64,000 nt of DNA, from the NCBI GenBank assembly GCA_964406665.1, contig CAYOSQ010000010.1, positions 2,870 through 66,869 on the forward strand. The letters run 5' to 3'. Of this stretch, positions 51,395 to 61,013 are shown in pieces. Below the pieces are notes generated by a model, which had not been told where the DNA came from, searched no databases, and saw only the letters and a list, made by a program, of their open reading frames with translations. This DNA comes from an uncultured Planctomycetia bacterium. Lineage in GTDB: Bacteria > Omnitrophota > Gorgyraeia > VGKH01 > JBHPFN01. Made by a program: the position numbers and the translations under genes. Position 1 is the first letter of the stretch. Every line of letters starts with the position of its first letter.

Positions 51395-53513
51395 AGCCAG
51401 TTTCAGGAAATGCCTTGATTCTAAAAACCAACCAAATGGTAGAGCCCTCTCCTCTAGTCTGATTAAAACTTAATTCTACACTCCAGCTATGAAGGTCTCG
51501 ATAAATCGTATATTCCTGTTCTTTCAAATCTCCAACATCAAATTCAAAGCGCTCATACGCCCTTATTCTCCACTTAGGATTAATCTTATATGACAATTCT
51601 GCAGTTAATTGTTTGTTAAACTTTCTTTCATATCGATGCCCTACGCCGATAGACCAATCATCATCCTGAAATGTATATAAATCAGTATTAACCGTTTTAA
51701 CGTACCTACCTTTTGTCCCATATCTTGCTTCGTCAAAACCGTAGATAACTTCGTTATCAAACCGCAACCAATCATTAGGTCTAAATTCTAAATCTGATCT
51801 TAGATCTTCAAATTTCCCGTTCCAGTGCGATGAAAAAACATGATCACTGGTTAATGTATGCCTTACTAAATCAACAGACTTACCATTCCTTTTTGTTTGC
51901 AGTTTATTATCTAATTGAATAGTAAATTTATTTTCGCCTTCTAAACTATCTATTCCATCGAACGAATGCAATTTAGTATAAGGAACACTCGGAGGATGAA
52001 TATAGCTATAATTTATTGCAGGATTAAAAACATGTCGAAGTCTTTTAATATCCATTCCCATAAAATCTGACTCAACTTCAAATATTTTATAAAATTTAGT
52101 GCTTAAATCAATACCGCTATAAAATGCACCTCTGACAACATCTTCATAACCATTTTCCTTAGTATCTCCGTAATAAGTTGCACGATAACCAACATAAGGA
52201 TTTGTCTCAATAAAACCAATCTTCTTAGGTATTGAGAATTTATTAAATGTATCTATGCGCGTTGAACTATCTTCCATATCTGTGGGAGAAATCTGTCTAT
52301 CTGTTAAATACGCTGCGGAAGTTGTACTTTTAAAATATACCGGAGAATTTCCGATTTTTCGGCTTACTGTTTCTAGCTTAAGCTCAGGAAGCTTCTCAAC
52401 CTCGGCATAAAATCTGTTTAAACGCTTTTGTGATAATAAACTTAAAGTATAATTTTGATTATAATGTTTAAGTAGAAAATATGATTTAGGGGCTATATCC
52501 TTCTCGTATTCTTTATAATAATAATCTTCAAGAAAATCTATGTCACTCATTTTATTAAGTTCCATAGTAATATCGGTAGTATCGTTTATTTCTTTGTAGT
52601 GGCGAAGCTGGATACGAAAGCGCTCTCTCTCTGAAGTAGGTCCTCCTTCTTCATCCATAATCTTTTTATATAAACGCTTAGCTTCAATAGCTCTCTCATT
52701 CATATAATATGTTCTAAGAATACCTTCTCCGAAAAATCCGGTTTCATATTTTAAGTCTAAACCAGAGCCGACATCTTTTCTTTCTCGATAATCAACATGT
52801 AATTTAGCCTCAACATTATCCGCCAGATAAAAACGCCAAGATGTAAGAAAAAATATCCCCCAGTCCTTGTCTTTTCCAGGAATAACTCTAATTTTTGGAC
52901 GATTTTCATCCAGGCGATGGGTATATTTAGGAAGCCAAAGTACGGGGACTTTTCCAATTAAAAATTTTGCATCTTTTGCAGAAATCTTTTCATCGGGAAC
53001 AATGCTTATTTCGTCAACAGTAAAACGATAATGAGGGTTATCTAAATCAGAAGTAGTCATATATCCGTTTTTAATAACCATCTCATTTTCAGAAACTCGT
53101 TCTATCCTATCTCCATGAACATAATAAGGAGCAATGGCTACATCTGCATTAATAATAGTACCAAAATTTTTCTCGAAATTGTATTCCATCCTTTCCCCGA
53201 CTAAATTTCCCTTCGGAGAATACAACCTTACATTCCCCTCTGCAACAGCAACTTTTGTTTCTGTATTAACTGTAACCTTATCACAGAGTAGTTTAGAATC
53301 CTCATGTACAACTTCTACATTACCCTCAGCAACTACAGTTTTGCCTTCAAACAGAAATTCAACTGTATCCCCATTAACTTCTATAGGAATCTTTTTTGCA
53401 ACTTTTTCACCCTTATCTGCTAAAGAATCATCTTCGGATATAGCAAAATTTACTGCAGTCAATGCAAATAAAAATAGAAACAGTAAACTAAAAACAAAAA
53501 CTTTTTTTATCAT
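51336..53513 (-). CDS. lptD: LPS-assembly outer-membrane protein LptD (OstA-like N domain + beta-barrel)
   Basis: Signal peptide [18 protein letters not shown]. OstA-N-like region. Long C-terminal beta-rich region. The track ORF starts at a TTG at 53534, so the ATG at 53513 is preferred. Confidence 0.7.
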   Translation of the reverse strand: MIKKVFVFSLLFLFLFALTAVNFAISEDDSLADKGEKVAKKIPIEVNGDTVEFLFEGKTVVAEGNVEVVHEDSKLLCDKVTVNTETKVAVAEGNVRLYSPKGNLVGERMEYNFEKNFGTIINADVAIAPYYVHGDRIERVSENEMVIKNGYMTTSDLDNPHYRFTVDEISIVPDEKISAKDAKFLIGKVPVLWLPKYTHRLDENRPKIRVIPGKDKDWGIFFLTSWRFYLADNVEAKLHVDYRERKDVGSGLDLKYETGFFGEGILRTYYMNERAIEAKRLYKKIMDEEGGPTSERERFRIQLRHYKEINDTTDITMELNKMSDIDFLEDYYYKEYEKDIAPKSYFLLKHYNQNYTLSLLSQKRLNRFYAEVEKLPELKLETVSRKIGNSPVYFKSTTSAAYLTDRQISPTDMEDSSTRIDTFNKFSIPKKIGFIETNPYVGYRATYYGDTKENGYEDVVRGAFYSGIDLSTKFYKIFEVESDFMGMDIKRLRHVFNPAINYSYIHPPSVPYTKLHSFDGIDSLEGENKFTIQLDNKLQTKRNGKSVDLVRHTLTSDHVFSSHWNGKFEDLRSDLEFRPNDWLRFDNEVIYGFDEARYGTKGRYVKTVNTDLYTFQDDDWSIGVGHRYERKFNKQLTAELSYKINPKWRIRAYERFEFDVGDLKEQEYTIYRDLHSWSVELSFNQTRGEGSTIWLVFRIKAFPETGFEINKSYNGRKTGSQSSEQ

Positions 53514-54157
53514 TTTTGAGCAACCTTCTTCCAATCCTCTAGAAATCTTTCAATACCTATATCTGTTAATGGATGTTTAAGTAGCTGTTCAATTACCTTA
53601 AAAGGGATAGTCGCAATATCTGCGCCTAATCTTGCAGCATCTAAAACATGCAAAGGGTTTCTGATACTGGCAACTATAATTTCAGTCTGAAAATCATAAT
53701 TATCATAAATCAAACGAATATCTTCAATAATACTCATGCCTATATGACTTATGTCATCCAGCCGTCCGATAAACGGACTAATATAAGTGGCTCCGGCCTT
53801 CGCGGCAAAAAGTGCCTGAGATGCAGAAAAACAAAGTGTAACATTGGTTTTTATATTTTCTTTAGATAACACCCTAACTGCCTTTAAGCCCTCTTTATTT
53901 AAGGGGATTTTGATAACAATATTCTTATGAATCTTAGCTAAAACCTTTGCTTCTTCAACCATGATATCCGCTTCAAGAGAAATTACTTCTGCGCTAATAG
54001 GTCCGTCCACTATAGAGCAAATTTCTTTTAAAAGTTCATTTGGTTTACGATCTTCTTTAGACATTAAAGTTGGATTTGTAGTTACACCATCTATTGCTCC
54101 CCAACTTGCAGCTTCCCTTATCTGATCAACATTTGCTGTATCGATAAAAATCTTCAT
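53510..54157 (-). CDS. Fructose-6-phosphate aldolase / transaldolase family protein (short TalC/Fsa type)
   Basis: [31 protein letters not shown]. 215 aa. Confidence 0.8.
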   Translation of the reverse strand: MKIFIDTANVDQIREAASWGAIDGVTTNPTLMSKEDRKPNELLKEICSIVDGPISAEVISLEADIMVEEAKVLAKIHKNIVIKIPLNKEGLKAVRVLSKENIKTNVTLCFSASQALFAAKAGATYISPFIGRLDDISHIGMSIIEDIRLIYDNYDFQTEIIVASIRNPLHVLDAARLGADIATIPFKVIEQLLKHPLTDIGIERFLEDWKKVAQK

Positions 54158-54168
54158 TCAACGTTCCC

Positions 54169-55101
54169 CTATAATTTCTTTTGCAAATTTTCTTTAACTA
54201 AAATAGCTGCACCCAAAATTCCAGCATCAGAACCAAGCTGTGCCTTTAAGATCTTCACTGCTCTGGAATGATTAGGCATCGCTCTAGACTTCACTGTTTT
54301 ATTAATACTGTCAAAAAGAACTTTTCCCGCATTGGACACACCGCCGCCAACAACAATCTTTTTTGGATTTAAAAGATTCACAACTCCACTTAAAACAACC
54401 CCTACCTTCTCTCCGACATCTTGCCAAACCTTTATTGCTTTTTTATTACCCTGTTTAGATAATTTAGATAATCCTTCTAAAGTAATGTGAGGGCTAACTT
54501 TACTTCTTGCGATAGCTAAGATATTCCTATTTCCCACATACTTCTCAAGACATCCTCTGCCGGTACAGCTGCATTTAGAACCATGTTCATTGATTGGCAT
54601 ATGCCCAATTTCTCCAGCTAAGAAACTAGAACCCCTGTACATCTTTCCATCTAGAATCAATCCTCCGCCAACTCCAGTGCCTAAAGTAATACAAATCATA
54701 TCTTCAGAACCTCTTCCAGCTCCTAGCTTCCATTCTCCTAAAGTAATAACATTAACATCGTTGTCGATAAAAGTTTTAATTCCGGCAGTCTCTTGCATCC
54801 AACGTTTTAAAGGAAAGTTTTTCCATCCCGGAATATTAGGCAAAAAATGAACCAGGCCTTTATTTACATCAACAGGACCTGGCACCCCAATTCCAATACC
54901 CAAAACTTCATTTTTTCTGATGTTTCTTTTATCAAGAAGCTCATTAACTTGCCTTACCATCTCCTTTAACAAGCTTAATCTATTTGAATATTTCTTCGTA
55001 GAGATGCTTTCTTTCTCAAGCATCTTCATATTGGGATTTAACAATCCAATTTTTACGAAGGTTCCACCTAAGTCTATGCCAATTATAAACTTATTTCTCA
55101 T
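54169..55101 (-). CDS. ROK-family glucokinase
   Basis: FIIGIDLGGTFVKIGL. Cys-rich zinc motif GHMPINEHGSKCSCTGRGCLE. Confidence 0.75.
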   Translation of the reverse strand: MRNKFIIGIDLGGTFVKIGLLNPNMKMLEKESISTKKYSNRLSLLKEMVRQVNELLDKRNIRKNEVLGIGIGVPGPVDVNKGLVHFLPNIPGWKNFPLKRWMQETAGIKTFIDNDVNVITLGEWKLGAGRGSEDMICITLGTGVGGGLILDGKMYRGSSFLAGEIGHMPINEHGSKCSCTGRGCLEKYVGNRNILAIARSKVSPHITLEGLSKLSKQGNKKAIKVWQDVGEKVGVVLSGVVNLLNPKKIVVGGGVSNAGKVLFDSINKTVKSRAMPNHSRAVKILKAQLGSDAGILGAAILVKENLQKKL

Positions 55102-55136
55102 TGCTAAGGATAGTTTTTTGCTTAATTTTGGATTGA

Positions 55137-55164
55137 TTATAGCCTAAATCAAGATGGATTGCAA
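55137..55164 (-). promoter_or_regulatory. Candidate sigma70-like promoter (TTGCAA-17 nt-TATAAT) upstream of the ROK kinase gene
   Basis: Minus-strand reading ttgcaatccatcttgatttaggctataat sits in the 75-bp gap between the GGDEF stop and the ROK start. It is about 35 nt upstream of the ATG. Confidence 0.3.
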
Positions 55165-55176
55165 GCTTATTTGAAG

Positions 55177-56187
55177 CTATTTTTGTTGATAGTGGCCGAA
55201 AATGCAGACTTGATTCTTACCTAATTTCTTTGCCCGATAAAGCGACCAGTCGGCTTTATCTATGAACTCTTCCGGGTTCTTAGAATCCTCTGGAAAGGTT
55301 GCAATGCCTATACTTATAGTCACGCTGAATTTCTCATCATATGTTTTAATCTGTTTTTTGCTTACTGCAGTACAAATACGTTCTGCAACTAGCTTTGCAG
55401 CACCCTTAGCAGTGTCAGTTAGAACAACGGAGAATTCTTCCCCACCGTAGCGACCAGCTAGGTCAATCTCTCGTATGTTTTCCTTTATTATCTCAGCAAC
55501 TTCCCTTAAAATTACGTCACCGGAAAGATGGCCATATCTATCGTTAATAGATTTAAAGTTATCAACATCTAGCATAAGAAAAGAAAGATCGAGTTTATAT
55601 TTTTTAGCTCGTTGAATTTCTTCGTTATATCTTTCCATAAAATATCGACGAGTAAACAGTTGAGTTAAGCTATCCGAAATTGCAAGATGCTCAATCTCTT
55701 CGTACAACCTAACCCTTCTTAAGTGCAGTGCTAGCTGACTAAGTAAGACGTTCATTCTCTCCTTATCAAAATCAGATAAACCCTTTACCGCAAGATTTCC
55801 CAAAGTCTTTCTGTGAGAACGAATCGGAAATGTTTCATATTCTGAAAACGATTCCAGATTTATATGGTGACTTAATACCCGACAGTCATCAAACTTCATA
55901 TAATCCCGTAATTTAGATATGAAAACATTAACAACATCATCCTCGGTTAATGATTTAGTTAAATCTTTAGTAAGATCATACAGAGTAAATATATCATGAG
56001 CAGAGGTTTCAAGCTTAGTTATGGAAAAATCGTGTAATTCACTTTTTTCCTTAAGATCATCACAACGCTTTTTTAATTTTAGGAAATCATGATTTAAATT
56101 AATAAAACGGTCAGATAGTATTTTGCGAAATTGCAACAAAATCAGCATTGAGAAAACTATTAACAAAAGCAACATTAACAACTGCAT
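55177..56187 (-). CDS. GGDEF-domain diguanylate cyclase
   Basis: RYGGEEFSVVL active-site motif. N-terminal TM and coiled-coil. Confidence 0.8.
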   Translation of the reverse strand: MQLLMLLLLIVFSMLILLQFRKILSDRFINLNHDFLKLKKRCDDLKEKSELHDFSITKLETSAHDIFTLYDLTKDLTKSLTEDDVVNVFISKLRDYMKFDDCRVLSHHINLESFSEYETFPIRSHRKTLGNLAVKGLSDFDKERMNVLLSQLALHLRRVRLYEEIEHLAISDSLTQLFTRRYFMERYNEEIQRAKKYKLDLSFLMLDVDNFKSINDRYGHLSGDVILREVAEIIKENIREIDLAGRYGGEEFSVVLTDTAKGAAKLVAERICTAVSKKQIKTYDEKFSVTISIGIATFPEDSKNPEEFIDKADWSLYRAKKLGKNQVCIFGHYQQK

Positions 56188-57470
56188 ACTCTATCTTTTC
56201 CTTTTTGTTTTGCTTTATACAATGCGCTATCAGCCTTTTGCACCAACTCTTCTTTCTGGCGTAAATCCTTAGGGAAAGAAGCAACACCAATAGAAACAGC
56301 TATAGGAATATACTTATTTCTAAGAAGAATTTGGGTTTCTTTAACTTTTTCTCTGGCTTGTTCTGCCAGCTGCAAAGCAGATTTCTTAGAAACATTTGGC
56401 AGCAGCACAGCAAACTCCTCACCACCATACCTGCAAACAATATTACCTGCTTGACTAAAAACACTCAATAAAGTCTTGCTTATGTGCCTCAAAAGAATAT
56501 CTCCGGCAATATGGCCGAATTTATCGTTATAAGTTTTAAAATTATCAATATCTATCATCAATAAAGAAATTTCTGATTCACTTGATACAGCTCTTTGAAA
56601 CTCGATGTTTAGTCTATCAAAGAAATACCTTCTTAAAAATAAACCAGTTAATCCATCTTTAATTGCTAGCTCCTTAGTTCTTCTAAACAACTGTGCATTC
56701 TCAATTGCAATTGCACCTAAATCGGCAATGGTAGAAAGTAATCTTAAATCCTCCGATGAAAACTCGTGGTCTTTTCCATTATCAATCCTTATTATACCAA
56801 TGATTCTTTTTCCAATAATCAAAGGCGCGCTGATAATAGAGCGCATCTTTCTGGGATTTTCATTGCTTATCTTCTCAAAATCAAAACGGAAATCATTTTT
56901 TACATCTTCAACCAATAGCGGTTGCATTTTACTTAATACCCAACTATCAAAAATATCTCCCTGCTTGGTCTGAATTCCATATTTTACGCTTGGCCGTTTA
57001 GTTGCTTCAATAGAAAGCTGTTTTGTTTTTTTATCCACCAGATATAGAATATAAGTATTATCTTTTTTCTGAATCAGTCGATAAATTTCCTTAATAAGAA
57101 TTTTAATAGTATCTTCCAAATCAAAATTCTTACCTAAATTCTCTGTTAATCCTTTTAGAGAACTGTATCTGGAAATTGATTTGCCTAAAGACTCAATTCT
57201 TAAATCATCCTTATGAGCTCTATCGGAAAATAAATTTATCTGCTCTTGAACATTTTCCTTATCGAGCAGTAAAATACCTCTATTCTTTTGATATTGTTTC
57301 CATATGCCAATAAAAAAACAAGCAAATATAAAATACGTTATGCTTGTTATTTTTAAAAAATCCGGATTGAATTTAAAGCTATAAAAGAGAAAAAGAGACA
57401 GGTAGACTACAAAAGCAGCCACTAGAAGAACAACGCTATTAAATAATGGTTTTTTCTGTTTCCTTATCAA
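56175..57470 (-). CDS. Membrane-anchored GAF-GGDEF diguanylate cyclase
   Basis: Two N-terminal TM helices, central GAF-like region, RYGGEEFAVLL. Confidence 0.75.
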   Translation of the reverse strand: MIRKQKKPLFNSVVLLVAAFVVYLSLFLFYSFKFNPDFLKITSITYFIFACFFIGIWKQYQKNRGILLLDKENVQEQINLFSDRAHKDDLRIESLGKSISRYSSLKGLTENLGKNFDLEDTIKILIKEIYRLIQKKDNTYILYLVDKKTKQLSIEATKRPSVKYGIQTKQGDIFDSWVLSKMQPLLVEDVKNDFRFDFEKISNENPRKMRSIISAPLIIGKRIIGIIRIDNGKDHEFSSEDLRLLSTIADLGAIAIENAQLFRRTKELAIKDGLTGLFLRRYFFDRLNIEFQRAVSSESEISLLMIDIDNFKTYNDKFGHIAGDILLRHISKTLLSVFSQAGNIVCRYGGEEFAVLLPNVSKKSALQLAEQAREKVKETQILLRNKYIPIAVSIGVASFPKDLRQKEELVQKADSALYKAKQKGKDRVCSC

Positions 57471-58542
57471 AGAAATGAACCTTACTCATATCGAAGACTA
57501 GGTCAATATCGCGGTTGATCTCTGGTCTATCATGCGCTCCGACTCGAGCAATAAAAGTATGTTTGCCAGTATTAAGGTATAAATACACCTCTGAACCCAT
57601 GGGCTCAAACACTTCACAATTAACTCTTACGATGTTCTCTGGCGGGGCTTCAGACACAAATAATTTATCATAAACATCTTCGGGTCTTATCCCAAGGATG
57701 ATTTCTTTTCCTATGTATTTCTTAAGATAAGGATACATATCCTCAACTATTTTAACATTTACTTTACCTTCATCGAAATAAAGACGCCCATCTTTTTTCA
57801 CTATGTTTCCTTCTAGGAAATTCATCGGAGGAGTACCAATAAAACCGGCAACGAACTTATTCGCCGGCTTATCGTATACTGTTATAGGATCAGCAACTTG
57901 CTGAATCTTTCCATCTTTCATAACAGCAATCCTATTCCCCATTGTCATAGCTTCGGTTTGATCGTGAGTAACATATATCATAGTTGTTTGAAGTCTTAAG
58001 TGCAGCTTGTGAATCTCAGTGCGCATTTGAACACGCATTTTTGCATCTAAATTACTCAAAGGTTCATCGAACAAAAATACTAGAGGCTTACGCACAATAG
58101 CCCTTCCCACTGCTACCCTTTGACGCTCTCCACCTGATAGTTGCTTAGGCCTTCTATCAAGTAATTTTTTAATTCCTAAAATCTCTGCCGCCTCAGCAAC
58201 GCGTCGCTCAATCTCCATTTTGGGATAGCGTCTTAACTTAAGCCCGAATGACATATTTTCAGAAACGGTCATATGAGGATAAAGCGCATAGTTTTGAAAT
58301 ACCATGGCAATATCTCTATCTTTGGCGGGAATATCGTTTACTATTCTATTGCCAATAAAAATTTCACCTTCAGAAATTTCTTCTAATCCAGCAATCATTC
58401 TAAGCGTAGTAGACTTTCCACAGCCGGAAGGTCCGACTAAAACCATAAATTCTTTATTTTCAATGCCTAGATTTACGTCGGAAACAGCACGGACTTTACC
58501 TGAGTAGATTTTATTAATTTTTCTTAGGCTTACTTGAGCCAT
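57439..58542 (-). CDS. ABC transporter ATP-binding protein, MalK/UgpC/MsmX-type with C-terminal TOBE domain
   Basis: Walker A GPSGCGKST, LSGGERQRVAVGRA signature, Walker B LFDEPLSNLD. No permease adjacent. Confidence 0.8.
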   Translation of the reverse strand: MAQVSLRKINKIYSGKVRAVSDVNLGIENKEFMVLVGPSGCGKSTTLRMIAGLEEISEGEIFIGNRIVNDIPAKDRDIAMVFQNYALYPHMTVSENMSFGLKLRRYPKMEIERRVAEAAEILGIKKLLDRRPKQLSGGERQRVAVGRAIVRKPLVFLFDEPLSNLDAKMRVQMRTEIHKLHLRLQTTMIYVTHDQTEAMTMGNRIAVMKDGKIQQVADPITVYDKPANKFVAGFIGTPPMNFLEGNIVKKDGRLYFDEGKVNVKIVEDMYPYLKKYIGKEIILGIRPEDVYDKLFVSEAPPENIVRVNCEVFEPMGSEVYLYLNTGKHTFIARVGAHDRPEINRDIDLVFDMSKVHFFDKETEKTII

Positions 58543-58566
58543 TGCTACCTCTTGATTTAAGTGTTA

Positions 58567-58594
58567 ATTATAGCAAATGGAGATCTTATTTCAA
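58567..58594 (-). promoter_or_regulatory. Candidate sigma70-like promoter (TTGAAA-16 nt-TATAAT) upstream of the ABC ATPase gene, overlapping the accD stop
   Basis: Minus-strand reading ttgaaataagatctccatttgctataat, then an AGAGG RBS about 8 nt before the ATG at 58542. Confidence 0.3.
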
Positions 58595-59430
58595 CCAAAA
58601 TAATCAATTAATTTACTTAATGTTGCCTTCATATCTTTTCTATCCACTATCGTATCTATTAAACCGTGCTCCAACAAAAATTCAGAACTTTGGAACCCAT
58701 TTGGTAATTTTTGTTTTGTTGTCTGTTCAATTACCCTAGGACCAGCAAAACCAATAAGCGCTTTCGGCTCGGCGACAATCACATCTCCCAAACCTGCAAA
58801 AGACGCCATAACTCCACCCATAGTAGGATTAGTCAAAACGGAGATATAAGCTAACCCGGCATCATGGTGCTTAGCCAAGGCAGCTGATGTCTTAGCCATC
58901 TGCATCAGAGAAAACATACCTTCATACATTCTTGCCCCACCACCTGAACCTGATACTATTATAAGAGGAAGCTTTTTTTCAGTAGCAAGCTCAGTAGCCC
59001 GGACAACTTTTTCTCCCACAACAGAACCCATTGAACCCATTATAAAACGAGAATCTGTTACACATAAAACTACTTTCTTTCCCTCAACTTTTCCTTCGCC
59101 GGTAATCGCCGCATCTTTTAACCCGGTTTTCTTCTGATCCTGGGAAAGTTTCTCAATATAAGTTTTTGGGCCTTTAAAATTAAGAGGATCTACTGATTGT
59201 AATCCAGCATCAAATTCTTTGAATGTGTTTCTATCGATTACTGACTTAATCCTCTCATGTGCAGTTAGGGAAAAATGATAATTGCACTTAGGGCAAACTT
59301 TTGAGTTCTCATCAAGGTTCTTTTTATAAAGTGGCTGCGAACAACCTTCGCATTTTTTCCAGAGACCATCAGGAATTATTTTTTTCTTAACCCTAACAGT
59401 AGTATATTTTCTTCTTCCAAATAATGCCAT
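58591..59430 (-). CDS. accD: Acetyl-CoA carboxylase carboxyltransferase beta subunit
   Basis: N-terminal zinc ribbon CEGCSQ...CPKCNYH, then the carboxyltransferase domain. Confidence 0.85.
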   Translation of the reverse strand: MALFGRRKYTTVRVKKKIIPDGLWKKCEGCSQPLYKKNLDENSKVCPKCNYHFSLTAHERIKSVIDRNTFKEFDAGLQSVDPLNFKGPKTYIEKLSQDQKKTGLKDAAITGEGKVEGKKVVLCVTDSRFIMGSMGSVVGEKVVRATELATEKKLPLIIVSGSGGGARMYEGMFSLMQMAKTSAALAKHHDAGLAYISVLTNPTMGGVMASFAGLGDVIVAEPKALIGFAGPRVIEQTTKQKLPNGFQSSEFLLEHGLIDTIVDRKDMKATLSKLIDYFG

Positions 59431-59455
59431 AGTTATCTTCTATCCTACTAGAAAA

Positions 59456-60703
59456 TTACTTAATTTTAAACTTATTTATCGTAAGTCCAGATAAAACCTT
59501 AGGATAAAAATACGTTGACTTTGGCGGCATCTTTTCTCCTTTAGATGCAATATTGCTTAGCTGTTCGGCTCTAACCGAATTCAGGAAAAATGCTGCCTGA
59601 GCTTCACTATTATCTACCATCTGGATTGATTGCTCGGCTCCTTTAATAAATACCACATCGCCTGAATCAATTCTAAGTTTCTTAAAAACAATATCCTGCA
59701 ATATGTTTACATCTAAGATATCATCATTTGAATAAAGCTTATTATCTTTTATTTTCAAAAAACTATAACTATTTTTGTGATAAAGACCAAACACTCCTGC
59801 TTTTAAAGCCACTTTTTCAAGAAACGTAAATAGCTCTTTTTTATTTTTGCATTTTTTTATTTCAAAAATTTCACCTAACTGTTTCTCATTAATCTTTTTC
59901 TTAACTACTCTATGAACTGGCAATATCTGGAGTTTATCAGAATTCATATCAGTAAAATAAGTCATCAAATACTCATAAGACCTTGGTAAAGTAACCTTCT
60001 TCTTATGCATCTTTTTCATATGATCTCTAAACGCAAGACCAACTTCATATCTATGATGTCCATCAGCAATAAAAATATCTTTGCCACTTACTGTTTTTTC
60101 CAATTTAGCAATTAAATTCTTATCATCCAAACACCAAAGCATATGCCTTACATCATCTCTATCTGTAACATCAATTATTGGATCTGCATTCTTGAAGCTT
60201 TTATCAAAAGTAGTCTCGATTACTTCCTTATCATCCTGAAAAAGAACAAAGATAGGACTTAAATTAGCCCTAACCTTTTCAATAAGCTGAAATCTGTCTT
60301 CTTTTGCTGCCGCCTGAGTATTTTCATGTGGAAAAATCTTGGACTCCCTATCTTTAGCCAGCCTTAACAGACCGATAAACCCCAACCTTTCTCTTTCTTG
60401 CCCACCATAAGTATAGCGCTGTAGATAAAAATAAAAACTTCTGAATCTGGTTTTTTTAAATGCCCTATCCTCAACCCACTCATCAAATAATTTCTTGGCC
60501 CTAGAATATCTATTATTCTTTTCATTATCATCTGGATAAAGTCTTCCTAATATAAGCCTGATGAAATTATAGGGGTGAATTTTATGATAAAACTCCTGGT
60601 CACTCGGGGATATTACATCGTAGGGAGGACACACAACTTTGGAAACATCACTGATCTTTTCTTGATTATAAATAGTAGCTCTAAATGGCTTAATCTCTAC
60701 CAT
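59456..60703 (-). CDS. DUF1015-family protein (conserved, function unknown)
   Basis: MVEIKPFRATIYNQ...VVCPPYDVIS N-terminus is characteristic of DUF1015. Confidence 0.6.
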   Translation of the reverse strand: MVEIKPFRATIYNQEKISDVSKVVCPPYDVISPSDQEFYHKIHPYNFIRLILGRLYPDDNEKNNRYSRAKKLFDEWVEDRAFKKTRFRSFYFYLQRYTYGGQERERLGFIGLLRLAKDRESKIFPHENTQAAAKEDRFQLIEKVRANLSPIFVLFQDDKEVIETTFDKSFKNADPIIDVTDRDDVRHMLWCLDDKNLIAKLEKTVSGKDIFIADGHHRYEVGLAFRDHMKKMHKKKVTLPRSYEYLMTYFTDMNSDKLQILPVHRVVKKKINEKQLGEIFEIKKCKNKKELFTFLEKVALKAGVFGLYHKNSYSFLKIKDNKLYSNDDILDVNILQDIVFKKLRIDSGDVVFIKGAEQSIQMVDNSEAQAAFFLNSVRAEQLSNIASKGEKMPPKSTYFYPKVLSGLTINKFKIK

Positions 60704-60715
60704 GAATAAAACTTT

Positions 60716-60994
60716 CTATTTTTTCGCCGGACATTCTGACGCAGATGCCTTACAAGAAGAGCAAGGATTTTTTTCTGGCTCTTTAAGGCCTTTTTTCTTG
60801 CTATAATCAGGTTTTCTGTAATCTGTGGCGTAGAATCCTGAACCTTTAAAGATTACTCCAGCACCTGCACCAATTAATCTTTTCAATTTAAGCTTTCTAC
60901 ACTTAGGACACTTTTTTAAAACTGGTGCACTCATTGATTGAAACTTATCAAATTCAAAACCGCAATTATTGCATTCATATCCATACGTTGGCAT
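60716..60994 (-). CDS. FmdB-family zinc-ribbon protein
   Basis: MPTYGYECNNCGFEF...CPKCRK. Confidence 0.7.
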   Translation of the reverse strand: MPTYGYECNNCGFEFDKFQSMSAPVLKKCPKCRKLKLKRLIGAGAGVIFKGSGFYATDYRKPDYSKKKGLKEPEKNPCSSCKASASECPAKK

Positions 60995-61013
60995 ACAATA
61001 CTCCTTAATTCAG

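Noticed and set aside
18011-52957. Nested minus-strand ORFs 18011-18217, 21019-21213, 21373-21564, 52757-52957
   Set aside because: They are out-of-frame ORFs inside the larger rSAM, methyltransferase and LptD genes, with no independent support.
53514-53534. N-terminal extensions in track ORFs (e.g. LptD MEEGCSK…, Ugd [12 protein letters not shown]…, DnaJ MPERTQT…)
   Set aside because: The track translates TTG/GTG as M. Conserved N-termini or signal peptides begin at internal ATGs (MIKKVFVF…, MNIAIVGTG…, MKRDYYEIL…), so the extensions are probably not translated.
55150-55176. Possible hairpin around the HindIII-like palindrome AAGCTT…GAAGCT downstream of the GGDEF gene
   Set aside because: The stem is short and imperfect with no following T-tract on the transcribed strand, so it is not convincing as an intrinsic terminator.
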